A stretch of DNA of 64,000 bases from the human T2T-CHM13v2.0 reference genome, Homo sapiens. The position numbers and the translations under genes are program-made. Positions 42,200-60,272 of this stretch are shown here, one piece after another. Every line of letters begins with the position of its first letter. Within the stretch, counting starts at the first letter, position 1. The notes below the pieces were generated by a model. That model was given only the letters and a program-made list of their open reading frames with translations, was not told where the DNA came from and made no database searches. The DNA is taken from the NCBI RefSeq assembly GCF_009914755.1, contig NC_060942.1; one strand, written 5' to 3'.

Positions 42200-44770
42200 T
42201 AAACTTCTGCTTCTGGAAAATGCAATAGATGTTCTTATCTATATTTCTCCTGCTAAATACAACTAAAAACCCAAGACATTCTGTATAAAATGAACGTAAG
42301 AAGACTCGGAGAGGTGGAGGGAAGAAGGCAGACCTGCTAGGGTGCCCAGAACCTGAGGAACGACACAGCGAGGAGCTTGTTTTCTTTTTGCCTCATGTGT
42401 CCCATACTTGGCACTAGGAAATGCTAATGGACACAGGCAAAAAAAAAAAAAAAAAAAAAAAAATCCCAATAAAAAGCTGCTCTCTACAGGAAACGGACTA
42501 AGAAAAGAGAAAAAGATAGGATAGAGAAGAAGGAAAATGATAGGAAAAGATCTAGCAAGACAAAAAACTTTTCGACAGTCACTGCTGTACCCCAGCCAAA
42601 CACCACAGAACACATCCCCACCCCCATCCATCCCAGCCAAGACCAAGTGGGAGCTCAGATCCCACCCCTGCTGGGCTATCAGAGGGGCTCCAACCCCCTA
42701 CCAGAGTAGTGTCAGAGAAGGCCAGTGGGGAGCTGTGACTTTCGTCCCCGCCAACTGGTGAGAAGGCTCCTACCCACGCCCCATGGTGTCACTGGAGACA
42801 GCAGGAACCTGACTTGCACCCCCACTGGGCAGTATCGAGGTGTCCCTCTCCTTCCTGCTGGGGTGGTGTCAGAAATAGTGAGTCAGACTTCATAGACTCC
42901 CAGGGATGATGAGGCCAGCCCCACTGCATGTCAGAGGGGACCACATGGGGATCCGGAACTCCCACCTCCACCCAGCGGTGACAGCAAGCACCCCTGCGGC
43001 GTCGGAGGAGGTTGAGTGGGCAACCTGGACTTCCACTTCCACCTGGCAATAATGAGGCTGTCCCCTGCCCTTTTCCCCTGCCAGAGTGGTACCATGAAAC
43101 ACGAGTTAAAGCAGGAGGTTTAAATATGACTCTCTCATGAGCTAACATGAAAATGTCCTGGTTTCAATTAAAAATTGTTTGTCATATCACAAACAAACTG
43201 AAATAATCAATGGATGTTAACACTGAGATGCTAAATTGGACTTTATCATCATTAAATTTTTGCTCTGGGAAGGACCCTATTAAGAGGATGAAGAGACAAG
43301 TTACAGAGAGGGAGAAAATATTTGCAAAACATATCTGACAAAGGGCTCGTATTTAGAATATATAAAGAACTCTCAAAACTCATCATTAAAAAACAATCCA
43401 ATTAGAAAATGGACAAAATAAAGTGACATTTTTCAGGAAGACGTTTTTCCCTGAAGGTGATGTACAGATGGCAGATAAGCACACAAAAAATATGCAACAT
43501 CATTAGCCATGACGGAGACGCAAATAAAACCCCAACAAGACATCACTATACTCCAATCAGAATGGTTAAAATAATTTTTTTTAAAGTGACAATGTCCACT
43601 TCAACTTGGCAGCATTAAAAAAAAAAAGTGACGGCCAAGAGCGGTGGCTCATGCCTGTAATCTTAACACTCTGGGAGGCCGAGGCGGGTGGATTGCCTAA
43701 GGCCAGGAGTTCGAGACCAGCCTGGGCAACATGGTGAAACACCGTCTCAACAAAAAATACAAGCATTAGCTGGGCATAGTGGCACATACCTGTGGTTCCA
43801 GCTGCTCGGAAGGCTGAGGTAGGAGGATCACTTGAGCCTGGGAGGTGGAGGTTGCGGTGAGCTGTGATCAAACCACTGTACTTCAGCCTGGGTAACAGCG
43901 AGACCCTGTCTCAAAAAAAAAAAAGAAAATAAAATAAAAACAAAAAGGAAAGAAAAACTAAATGACAGCGTCCAATGCTGGTGAGAATGCAGAGAAACTG
44001 GATCACTCCTGCAGTAGGAGTAGGGATGTAGAATGGTATAGCCATTCTGGAAAACAGTTTGGCAGTTTCAAAAAAAAAAAAAAAAAAAAAAAAACGAAAC
44101 CTGCAAGTACCATATAATTTGATTGAGCAATTGCACTCCTGGGTGTTTATCCCAGAGAAATGAAAACTTATGTTCACACAAAAACTTGTACTCAACTGTT
44201 TGTAGCAGCTTTGTTCACAATACACAGAAACCTGGAAGCAGCTCAGGTGATCTTCAGCAGATCAATGGTTAAACACTCAGCAATGAGAAGGAATGAATGC
44301 CTGATGATGCAGCAGCCTGGAGGAGTCTCTGGAAATCATGCTGAGTGATTTTCAAAAAGCCAGTCCTCCAAAGTCGCATACTCTGCAATTCCATTTATAT
44401 AACATTCTTGAGAGGGCAAAGTAATAGAAACGGGGAAGAGGTTTGTGGTTGCCAGGATGAGGGAAGGGGTAGGGGCAGGAGGAAAGTGGATGTGGCTATA
44501 AGGGGCAGCCTTGTGATGGTGGGAGTGTTCTGTGTCTCCACTGTATCAATGTTGATACCCGGAGATGCTGAGTTGGACTTCATCATAATTAAACTTTTGC
44601 TCTGGGAAGGATCGTATTAAGAGGATGAAGAGACAAGTTACATTGTGGCATTGAACTATACTTTCCCCATGGAGGGAAACTGCGTATAGGGCACAAGAGG
44701 TCTCTTTGTATTATTTTTTACAAGTATGTATGAATCTACAACCATCTAAAAATAAAAAGTGTAATTTGTA
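42200..44770 (+). mobile_element. Old L1 (L1MC/L1MD-type): probable 5' region joined to ORF2 end and 3'UTR
   Basis: The 5' part cttctgcttctggaaaatg...tacaactaaaaaccc is less certain. The 3' part has gggagaaaatatttgcaa, cccagagaaatgaaaacttatgttcacacaaaaac and gaatctacaaccatctaaaaataaaaagt. Confidence 0.7.
43633..43958 (+). mobile_element. AluJ-like inside the old L1
   Basis: ggtaggaggatcacttgagcctggg; full dimer with A-rich tail. Confidence 0.9.
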
Positions 44771-45637
44771 AAAAGTATAAAAAGTGTAATTTACAAAATA
44801 CAAAAAGTAATTTGTAAAAAGTATTTCTATTTCCTCAGAACCTTACATGGAGATTCCACATAGAAACAGGAAAGGGATAGAACTGTTTTTAGGGGGCAAG
44901 GGGAGGAGCCCTGCCTGCTTTCTCCCCCACCCGCCCACCTCATGGCTCTTAGAACATCTCTGCAGGACTCCTAGGTCACCCCCCAGACCAGATGAGCTCT
45001 CAGCCTCTCCTGTCATGACCTTCTGTAGTTCTGAGTCTGGTACTGGCAGAAAAGGACAGAACTTTGGGGCCTGGGGAGTTCAAAGAAGGCCTCCCTGTGA
45101 GGCAACCTTGGAGGATGGGATGGTGTTGGAATGGGGGGTGTTGATTTTCCCCATCTCCTGGAAGCCTTTCCCTGGCAGGAGCTGGGGACAGTTGAGGAGG
45201 ATCCCATTATTTCAGCAGGTTTTGGACAGGCAGCCAGACAGAAATGGCCTCTGGTGTGGCCCTGTCCAGGACAGGCTCAAATAGCATGGTCCATTTAAAA
45301 CCTAAATCACAACCTTAATTAGCTGAGAGTGGGCAGAGGGTTGGCCTAGGAGAAATATACTTGGCCACAGGCATTATCATTGTCTCCTATCTCTCTCTGG
45401 CCTTTGGGTCTTAATTCAAAGAAAAAGGGAGCATGGGGGAAAAGACAGGATGGACAGACAGACACAGATGTCCCAGCATGAAAGGAATGGCCTTTCCCTC
45501 TCCCAGACTCAGCTTTAGTGCCACCCAGAAAGCTGTCTCTGCTGGGCTCTGCCCTGCTGTTCTCCTGCTTCAAAGGCCCCTTGGGGGTCTATTTCCCCCT
45601 TTCCCAGCTGTGTCTGGGGTGCCGTCCTTCCTTCTGA

Positions 45638-45670
<33 letters not shown>

Positions 45671-45688
45671 CACACACAAACACACACA
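45638..45688. repeat. (CA)n microsatellite, interrupted
   Basis: Read directly. Confidence 0.95.
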
Positions 45689-45930
45689 TGGTGTTGCCAT
45701 GATAGGCCTGTTTCTCTTTGGGTTCTGCCCCCTGCCACCTCCCCCTGTGCTTTCCCCCTCAGTTGCTCTCTGAGAAGATTCAACCATTCTCAAAGTCTGC
45801 TTTAGTTTGGGCCTGAGAGGAGTTTCAGATCTGGCCCATAGGAAGCCTCTGTTTTGGCCCAGGAGATGAGTCTGGGGTCCTCTGGTCCAGAACATTTCAT
45901 GTAATGTAAAAGCCCTCATGGTGTCTCTCA

Positions 45931-46332
<402 letters not shown>

Positions 46333-47188
46333 TCACCCGAGAAGCACAAGGGGTCAGGGGATTTCCCTTTCCTAGCTAAGGGAAGCCATGACAGATGGTA
46401 CCTGGAAAAATGGGACACTCCCACCCAAATACTGCACTTTTCCAATAGTCTTAGCAAATGGCACACCAGATTATATCCTGCAGCTGGCTCAGCGGGTCCC
46501 ATGCCCATAGAGCCTTACTCACTGCTAGCGCAGCAGTCTAACATTGACCTGTGAGGCAGCAGCCTGGAGGGGGAGGGGCGTCTGCCATTGCTGACGCTTG
46601 AGTAGGTAAACAGAGCAGCTGGGGAAGCTCGAACTGGGCAGAGCCAACCATAGCTCAGCAAGGCCTGTTGCCTCTGTAGACTCCACCTCTGGGGGCAGCG
46701 CATAGCTGAACAAAAGGCAGCAGAAACTTCTGCAGACTTAAACATCCCTGTCTGACAGCTCTGAAGAGAGCAGTGGTTCTCCCAGCATGGTGTTTGAGCT
46801 CGGAGAATGGACAGACTGCCTCCTCAAGTGGGTCCCTGACCCTTGTATAGCCTAACTGGGAAACACCTCCCAGTAGGGGCCGACTGACACCTCATACAGG
46901 CAGGTGCACCTCTGGGACAAAGCTTCCAGAGGAATGATCAGGCAGCAGTATTTGCTGTTCTGCAATATTTGCTGTTCTGCAGTGTCCACTAGTGATACCC
47001 AGGCAAACAGGGTCTGGAGTGGACGTCCAGCAAACTCCAACAGACCTGCACCTGAGGGACCTGACTGTTAGAAGGAAAACTAACACACAGAAAGGAATAG
47101 CATCAACATCAACAAAAAGGACATCCACACCAAAACCCCATCTGTAGGTCACCAACGTCAAAGACCAAAGTTAGATAAAACCACAAAG

Positions 47189-48223
47189 ATAGGGAGAAAC
47201 CAGAGCAGAAAAGCTGAAAATTCTAAAAACAAGAGCGCCTCTTCTCCTCCAAAGGATTGCAGCTCCTCGCCAGCAATGGAACAAAGCTGGATGGAGAATG
47301 ACTTTGATGAGCTGACAGAAGTAGGCTTCAGAAGGTCGGTAATAACAAACTTCTCCTAGCTAAAGGAGGATGTTTGAACCCATCATAAGGAAGCTAAAAC
47401 CCTTGAAAAAAGATTAGACAAATGGCTAATTAGAATAAAGAGTGTGGAGAAGACCTTAAATGACCTGATGGAGCTGAAAACCATGGCATGAGAACTCGTG
47501 ACGCATGCACAAGCTTTAATAGTCAATTTGATCAAGTGTAACAAAGGATATCAGTGATTGAAGATCAAACCAACGAAATAAAGTGAGAAGAGAAGTTTAG
47601 AGAAAAAAGAATAAAAAGAAACAAAGCCTCCAAGAAATATAGGACTATGTGAAAAGACCAAATCTATGTTTGATTGGTGTACCTGAAAGCAAAAGGGAGA
47701 ACCAAGTTGGAAAACACTCTTCAGGATATTATCCAGGAGAACTTCCCCAACCTAGCAAGGCAGGCCAACATTCAAATTCAGGAAATACAGAGAACACCAT
47801 AAAGATACTCCTTGAGAAGAGCAACCCTAAGACACAAAATTGTCAGATTCACCAAGGTTGAAACGAAGGAAAAAATGTTAAGGGCAGCCATAGAGAAAGG
47901 TCGGGTTACCCACGAAAGAAAGCCCATCAGACTAACAGCAGATCTCTTGGCAGAAACTCTACAAGCCAGAAGAGAGTGGAGGCCAATATTCAACATTCTT
48001 AAAGAAAAGAATTTTCAAAAAAAAAGAGAATTTTCAACCGAGAATTTCACATCCAGCCAAACTAAGCTTCACAAGAGAAGGAGAAATAAAACCCTTCACA
48101 GACAAGCAAATGCTGAGAGATTTTGTCACCACCAGGCCTGCCTTACAGGAGCTCCTGAAGGAAGCACTAAACGTGGAAAGGAACACCCAGTACCAGCCAC
48201 TGCAAAAACATGCCAAATTCTAA
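47189..48223 (+). pseudogene. L1 ORF1 remnant
   Basis: Start codon mutated to ATA and several stops or frameshifts. Fragments KRPNLCLIGVPE and IVRFTKVE...LQARREW are recognisable. Confidence 0.9.
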
Positions 48224-48286
48224 AGACCATCGAGGCTAGGAAGAAACTGCATCAATTAACGGGCAAAATAACCAGCTAACATCATA

Positions 48287-52089
<3,803 letters not shown>

Positions 52090-52284
52090 ACAATGAGAAC
52101 ACTTGGACACAGGGCGGGGAACATCACACCCCAGGGCCTGTGTGGGGTGGGGGGCAGGGGGAGAGATAGCATTAGGATAAATACCTAACGTAAATGACGA
52201 GTTAATGGGTGCAGCAAACCAACATGGCACATGTATACCTATATAACAAACCTGCGCATTGTGCACATGTACCCTAGAACTTCA

Positions 52285-52575
<291 letters not shown>

Positions 52576-53429
52576 TCAGCTCAAACCAGACCCCCTGTCC
52601 CACAGCTAGCTCCCCAGGGAACCCCGTGTCCATGAAGTGAGAGAACCGTATTAGGGTCGGGCTTGCCTCTTGCCCTCATGGAATCTGGAAGGACATCCTG
52701 CACTGAGAAGGGTGTGGACTGGGACTGGGAGTCCTTTGGGGAGTGGAGACTGCACCACCTTTATCTCTCTCATGCCCAGAGCTGGGTCCTGCACAGCCCA
52801 GCTGCTCAGTGACTGAGGGTGTACTGTATCCGGGGGTTTCCATTCAGGAGGCCGGGGCTGAGGGCTGGCCACCTCTGCCCCAGTGTCACCTGATGTAGCA
52901 GGCCTGCTAGGGAAATCCACACCAGCCTGCCCTAGAATTCTCTAGGGGAAACTTCCCCCATGACTGTCCCAACAATAGAGAGCATCCTCCCGCTGTCCTA
53001 TCCCATTCAGCCTAGTTTCTAAACACTCACAGCCTGGAATTGTCATTACACACATGCCCCCACATATGCACTTGCACAGCAAAAATCACTGCACAGTTGT
53101 GTATTCATAAAGAAAAGCCAGCAGCTAGAAGATTTGTTGTTTTCACTGCATCTGACTTTGTATGTTTTTCTATCATACAGCAACTCACTCTCACCTTGTT
53201 GCATTCATGCATGTGTGGAGACCGCAGCCTCATCGCATACCCACTCACATTCCACAATCCCTCTCTCTTCACTGCAGATGATGCGCTTCCTCCACCAGCA
53301 CTGCCTTCCCAATCATTAACAAAGATAGGTGTGGAGAATACAGATGCTTGCAGGGGAGGGATACGTTCCTGCTTTATGGAAATCTCTGCAGTGGGTTCAG
53401 TTTACTTGACTGAATAGAATAACTGCATG

Positions 53430-53655
53430 CATAGTGTACAGTGGTTAGAGCATGGCCTCTGGGCCACACTGTCTGTGCTCCCATCCTGGTAACTGGCTCC
53501 ATGAACATTGGCAGGTGCTCTGTGCCTCAGTCTCCCCATCAGTAAAATGGGGATGGTGATCATACTATCTGCTTCTTAGGGTTGTAGTAACAGTGCCACG
53601 CTTGGGCAGTGCTGGCACATACTGCATGCTGGGTCAATATCTCCTATTGTCATCA
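53430..53655. mobile_element. MIR
   Basis: agtggttagagcatgg and ctctgtgcctcagtctccccatcagtaaaatggggat. Confidence 0.8.
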
Positions 53656-54271
53656 TCTTTATTCTTGGCCCTTTTAGGAGTCTGACCTCCCCTGAGCTGG
53701 GGATGTCTCTGAGGCCTTCCCAGAGACAACTTCAGTTTCCCTTCCCACAAGCAAGCTGTTTCCATTTGATTTTCCACATGGCTTAAAGTGCTCATTATCC
53801 CTCTGTGATCTGTTCTGCCAGCAGTATGGTGCACCCTGGTATGGGGCCCCCTAATTGCCAATAAAAGGGGCTGTCGCGAAGGATTCAGCAGTGTTTAAGT
53901 GCTAAGAACAACCCACTGAAAAGGATGATTGTTTTTGATAAGGCTTCTCAGAACCTTGGCATTTCAGCAACCGGGGGGGCAGGGCCTGGATGCTGTCAGG
54001 GCTGGAGAGGATGCTGTGCTCAGAGGGAAGCTGTGGTTACCAGGGCCAACCATGGAATTGCCAACTGCAGAATGTTCTTTAAGAGGCCACTGAGGTTTTG
54101 ATGGGTAGCTGACAGTGCCCAGCCACTGAGTCTGTGCGAAGAAATATTTAATGAATGACTCTGGGTCCCAAGGCTAGGACGAGGGGTGAATGGGCAGGAA
54201 GATACAACAAGGAAGTGGAGCCACGGTTCCCACCATCGAAAGGGGAGAGAGTTAACAGAAAGTGTGTTAGC

Positions 54272-54612
54272 TGAGTATTTCCCAAAGGGGGTTCCATGGA
54301 ACCCTAGTCCTGCAAAATTCTCTGTGGAATGAAAAGGAAGAGTGAGGTAGATTTCTAGCCAAAAACCTTGGGAAAGAAATATTGCATACTCCACTTCCAC
54401 ATATGTGAAGAGTTAACATCCACTGAAGAAGTTCTGCAATAAAAATTTCAACATCGTAACAATTTTCTACATTTTAATAATGTGTTAGCAGTCTTATCAT
54501 TCAGTATATACCAAACATTTGACTATATAATCTTTTTGATTTTTTTCCCTGTTAAAACTTGAACATTTTGAGGAATGAGGACCATTTAGAGGAATGAGGC
54601 TTTCTGAAAGCA
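54272..54612. mobile_element. Possible hAT-Charlie MITE remnant
   Basis: gtatttcccaaagggggttccatggaacc...ttgggaaa resembles old Charlie MITE termini. Confidence 0.4.
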
Positions 54613-55286
54613 TCGTCTGTGAACCATCCCAGCTACACTAAATTTAAACCACCAACCCTCCCTTCTCTCAGTGATTCTGATGCACACTGACATTTAGAGC
54701 CAGGGGATTGGTGCTTCCAGAGCACCCCGGGGAGCTCTGCAGTACAACAATGACGAGAGGAATCAGCTCTGCACGGGAGTGTGCAGGGTACGTGCTGTGA
54801 ACGGCATGTGCTATGAGGTTCACAGGGTGTGGGCTGCTGAGGAGGCTGCAGAGCTGCAGAGAGGAAGAGTCCTCAACTAGATCCTAGCAGGAAGGAAGAC
54901 TCATGGGAGTGGGAGGGTGTGGAGAGAACATTCTTTTGTTTTCACTGAGTCCAGGAAGAGTATAGTAGCCTAAAGTGAAATATAACTCCATACATGCTGC
55001 TGCTTCGTGTGCCCTTGAGAGGCAAGTCCAACGCTTGCCTGGGATGAGCCGAGCTTGGGTCCCCTTCTTCTCTGTCCTCAGCTTGACAGCCACCTCTCTG
55101 TATGGGTCCTCAGTGTGAGCCAGAGGTGAGGGTGGTGGGAGAGAGAGGTGGGTCTGTTTCCTGGTGAGAAGTTCCAGAACTCAGGTACAGTCTGCCTGTG
55201 AGGGGTCTGCCTGCAGGCACCTGCCTTCCTGCTTCTCTGACTTCTCTGGCTTCTTTGGACATTCGAGGGTTTGTAGAACAGCTGAC

Positions 55287-55962
55287 ACATGTATGTGTAT
55301 GTGTGTGTGGTACATGTATGTTTGTGCGTGATGTGTGTGTATGTGTGAGGTGTATATGTGTGTGCATGGTGTGTATGTGGGTGTGGATATGTGTGTGTGT
55401 GTATATGCCTGTGTGCATGGTGTGTATATGTGTCTTGTATGTATATGTGTGTGGTCTACATGCATGTTGTGTGTGGCATGTGCCTGTATGTGTGGTGTAT
55501 ATAATATGCATGTAGCATGTGATGTGCACATATAGTTGTAGTATACATGTATACCACATGTATATATGTGGTGTGTGCACGTATGTGTGTTTGGTGTGTG
55601 GTGTGTATATGGGTGTGGTGTGGATGTGTGTGGATGGATGTGTATATTGTATAAGTGTGGTATATATATGCATGTATGTGTGTAGTATATACATGTATGT
55701 GTGTGGTGTGTACGTGTGTATATGTACGTGTGGCACACATTGTGTGGATGTGTGTATGCATACCATGCATGTGTGTGTATGTATGTGTGTCTGGTATGTA
55801 TATGCATGTATGGTGTGTATTATGTGGATGTGTGTGGATGTGTCTGTCTAGTATATGCATGTGTGTAGTATTGTGTATATATGTGTCTGTGGCATATGTA
55901 CATGTATGCATATGCGGCCCTGTGGCATGTGTACATGTATGCATATGTGGCACTTGTATGGC
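55287..55962. repeat. Degenerate (TG/TA/CA) alternating purine-pyrimidine low-complexity tract
   Basis: About 670 bp of gtgtgt/gtatat/gcatgt units. It accounts for the H/T/Y- and C/V/M-rich ORFs. Confidence 0.95.
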
Positions 55963-57034
55963 TGTAAGCATTTGTCTGGCTCCAGAGCCACGTGGCAGGG
56001 CTGGGTGACAGAGTGGCCACTTGGGTGCTCAGCCCAGGGCAAGTGGGCCCTGGGGAAGGACATGTGAAAACATTGGGCTCCTGGTTGTCCAGTTTAGCTT
56101 GGCAGTTAATAACTCTGTTGCGTGAGGCCTGGCCCCCTGGGCACTGCCTGGGCCACCACCTCAGCATCAAGGGACAGCAAAGGAAAGCTCTGCAGGTGAG
56201 ACTCTTCCTGCTCTGGGCTAAGGCTGGAAGGAGATGGATGTCTTCTCCACGTGCTAGGCTATTTCTCCAGCCCCTGTTGATGAAAGTTTGCCTTTAGTGG
56301 TTATATGCCTGTCTTGTGCCATTGAAACAAACCCCAAGGAGGTGTCCAGATTCTTGATATGCACTGCAGTTCTTATATCAAGTAGAGTGGCAATAAGGAG
56401 TGCGGCCCCTGTGTCCAAGGTGTTGCCCTATACCTACTTCTCCAGAGACTCAGCTTCTCGTCTGCCAGGCCCCGAGTCTTCATGGCGATCTCCTTCCTGA
56501 TATTCAGACAGAGAGGCCCGATGCCTTGCCCACTGCTCTCCCCCATGTGTCCAGCTCAGCGGCTGGGGTCCTCATTCTTCTCAGTGCTGTCACCTCCACC
56601 TGCTGCCTCCTCCAGGGCTGCTGAGCTTCACAGCTCCGGGGGTGCTGTCCATATGATATTCGTTCCTGGAGCTGCACCCCCAGGGCTCCCTGGAGCTGTG
56701 CAAAGATGGGGTCCGGCTCCTTGGTTTGTAAAGGGCTCACCTTGCTGGCACTTTTGTTCCTCAGCTCTGAGAATCAGAGTTGCAGTCATCACGGGGGAGG
56801 GAATGAGGCAGGAGGCCGGTCAGTGTGAGAGTTAACAAGACTCAAGCCTTGTGGCAAAGGAGAGGTGAGACCCGGCCCAAAGGCCCAAGGTGGGCTTGGG
56901 GCAGAGACCTGTGGGGCAGAGCGAGAGAGGAAGGAGAAGCAGCCTGGTGCCGAGTTTTCCAGCCTGGGGAGGGAGACACAGGAGTCAGGAGGCTGAGCCA
57001 CAGGGCGGGGGTGGCTAAAGAAATACGGTGTGTA

Positions 57035-57538
57035 CTGGGAATGGCAGGGATATCGCTGGGTTTCTTGTCATTTAAATATGGATGTAGGCTCTTGATGTCG
57101 TTCAGGGATATGTTCCCTGAGTTGTTGTAAGGAGTTGTGGGGATTCAATGAGGAAAATGTGTGAGTCTGTCACCTGTGACGTGTGTCGATTGTGTGACTG
57201 CCATGGCTCTTGGAGGAGCACTGGTTGCCACCGTGACTCCACCACCTGCTCCCCAGCTGGGCCATGGCCTCTCTCCCCAGGCTCCTCTGGGAATGGCAGG
57301 GATATCGCTAGGTTTCTTGGCATTTAAATATGGATGTAGGCTCTTGATATCGTTCAGGGATATGTTCCCTGAGTTGTTGTAAGGAGCTGTGGGGATTCAA
57401 TGAGGAAAATGTGAGAGTCTGTCACCTGTGACGTGTGTTGGTTGCGTGACTGCCATGGCTCTTGGAGGAGCACTGGTTGCCACCGTGACTCCACCACCTG
57501 CTCCCCAGCTGGGCCATGGCCCCTCTCCCCAGGCTTCT
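57035..57538. repeat. 252-bp direct tandem duplication, 2 copies
   Basis: Copies 57035-57286 and 57287-57538 both start ctgggaatggcagggatatcgct. About 10 substitutions by eye. Confidence 0.97.
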
Positions 57539-59889
57539 GTTTTTCACCCCCAACATGGAGATGGCAGCAGCTGATCACAGGGCTGTTCTGCAGATGCACG
57601 GAAGGGTGGGCTTCCTCTGTAAAGAATAAACACATACATGCAGGCACAGCTTCTGCCCTGGCTCTTTCCCTCCCATCAGCTGGGAGCACATTTCCCTGAC
57701 CCCAAGAATCTGGAAGTCCAGAGATTGGTGGGTCCCCCGCCAGGGATACTGCTTTGGAAATGCCCAAGTTTGCCCTGCCCAGTCACCTCCCTTAGCCCAA
57801 GGGTAGTGCCCCCTCCTCCAGGCAGAGAGGTTCCACCAGCTCTCTGCACAGGGGCATTGGCCCCCTCACAGCTGCTGCCAGTGACTGTTACTGTGACCTG
57901 TCCTCGCTCCCTGCCAGTTGAGGAGTAGTAGCCAAGATGCCAACCTGCAGGCCAGGAGGGAGATTTATGTGCCCATCTGCACTGCCCTTCAACTGCCTTC
58001 AAGGTGAATCACCATCTTCCTGGAAGATGCTTTGCACTTCTAGGTTTGGCCATGACCTTCTCTACATAGTTGCTCTCTCTTTCTATCTCTCCATCCATGT
58101 TTCTTACTCTCTAAGGGCCTTACGGGCCTCGGATCCTAGGACGGTAAATCATTCTTGACATCCTAATCTTGATTCAGTCTTTCAGCCACAGAGGCAGTAG
58201 GGTCGTGCTTCCTCCTGTTACAAAGTGGCATCTCCTCAATCAGTTGGCAGGAATCCAAGCTGGCCCTCCTGTGTGCCTGGCTTGGCCACTGTGGGGGCAC
58301 AAAGAGAAAGAGGCAGTCCAGTGGAAAAGATTACAGTCTACTTGGGGAAGGTCTAACATTCATGTAAGAGAGCAGTGACCAAGAGGTGATCCACTGAAGC
58401 TGAATTTATAGGCGCCAGAGAACATTGGGTATTTAACAGATCAGGGATTAGGGAAGACACGTGTGGAGGAGAGGCTTCAGGTCACTGGGCTGAAGGAGGA
58501 AAATGAACTGCATGCTGAGTGAGGTCTGCAATAGATGCTTTGGAAGCAAGAGTTTTGTTTGCATGTATGATTTTTTTTTTATCTTTGCTTTCTATGTTAT
58601 TTTTGGCTGCTATCCCCAATGATAATTACATTCGAGGCCCAGGAGGGGGTTGTGAACAAGCCGGTCAACATCTCGGGAGGCAGGGGCTGTCCCCTTGGGG
58701 GTTGTGTGATAGAAGGTGAGTCTCTCTAGCTGACCTGGAGTTTCAGAGTTGCACTTGGAGCAAGCAGGGCCCCAGGAGTTGGAATGGGGAGGATGTGAGG
58801 CAACTCGAAGAAAAGGGAGAGAGGACGATCCTAGAACATTAGGGGCCACCTGCTTGGAGGACTGGCAACCATGCTGTAATTGATTAGTGATATCTGCCGC
58901 TGGCAGGAGAGGGGATGGTAGCAGCACGCATGCCAGTCAGAAGGAGCCCATCTACAGGGCATGGTATTTCATTCTGGGATCTCTTTATTTAAATATGAAG
59001 AATCTGAAGTCCAGACTGGTGAAGTGACTTTGCCGAGGTCACACAGTTTATTGACGCAAAAAGAAAACGCATGTTTAAAGAAGATGGTGAAAATCTCTTG
59101 CAGTATATGTCAGGAGCACTGAGCTTCCAGCTCTGGGGGACCCAGGGGGTCCCTGCCATCAAGGGCCCGCTATCTCCTGTGGGAGAGAGGTCACTACAGG
59201 AAATAGAAGTGAGAACTGCAAGAGGCCGGCTCTGCTACTGTAAGTCACCCACACAGATAGCAAGTTCAGGGCAGAGCGAGGTGACTGCAGTTTGGGAGGC
59301 CAGAGGTGCTTCCTGGCTGAGCCAATCTTTGACAGATGGGGCACATTCGGAGAGGGCAAGAGGGGAGCAAGGCCCAGTTGACAGGCCATGGTCAGGAGCA
59401 AAGGGGATTACGGGGATGGGACAGGAAAGGCATGGGGAGAAGCACCCAGGGCCATGGCGGCCCTGAATAAATGTGGCTGATCTGCTAGAAAGGATTGTGC
59501 AAGCTCTCAGGGCAGCCTGGAATGAGGAAGTTTCAAGTTACTTAGACCTGCAGGCTGCAGGCTGTTGGTGCCCAGAGAGAGGGACCAGTCTTCATGTTAT
59601 CAATGAGACCCAGGAAGGCTGAGGGACTTGCCCAGAGTCAGACAGCCCAGGTGGTTCTCCCCAGACAGTCCTCTTGTCCCTTCGACTCCATAAGCCCTCC
59701 ACCTCTCCTCCAGGCTCTCATTACCTCCTGCCTCCTGTCTGTGGCGGCTGGAGTGCCTGGCCCCTTCTGCTTGGAGGCTGGACTGTCCAGCCTTTCCGGT
59801 TTTTGTGCCCTCTCCTTCTAGTTAATCAAAGCTGCTCGCTCTCTCTGTCTCTCTCTGGAAGAGAGATTGGTTTCCTCTTCCAGTTACTA

Positions 59890-60272
59890 TCTGAGTTCTT
59901 TCACTATACATTCGTTAGTTTGCCTGTTCCTGAACATAATTGGTTCTCTTTTGCATCTGGGTTCTTTTGTTCCCTGTATGCTTGTGATATTTATTCATAT
60001 TGCTGCATGTTATTTTACTTTGTTTGTGCTCACTGCGGTGTGATACTCCAATATGTGAACATACCACGGTTTATTTATCGAATCAGCTGATGACAGGCAT
60101 GTGGGTGGTCTCCAGTTTGGAGCTGTAATGGCGGATGCTGCTGTATACGCTTTCTGTACATGTCTTTTGGTGAGCATCGGGCACATTTCTGTGTGTTTAT
60201 ACCTGGGAGTGAATTTCTGGGTCATACGGCGTGCACACGTTCAGCTCAGGTGGATGTGGAAGTATTGTTTTA
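59890..60272 (-). mobile_element. Old L1 (L1ME/L1MB-type) fragment
   Basis: ataccacggtttatttatc, tctccagtttggagctgtaatg and tatacctgggagtgaatttctgggtcata. Confidence 0.7.

Noticed and set aside
55110-56170. Overlapping ORFs of 100-218 aa on both strands
   Set aside because: Artefacts of the TG/TA low-complexity tract.
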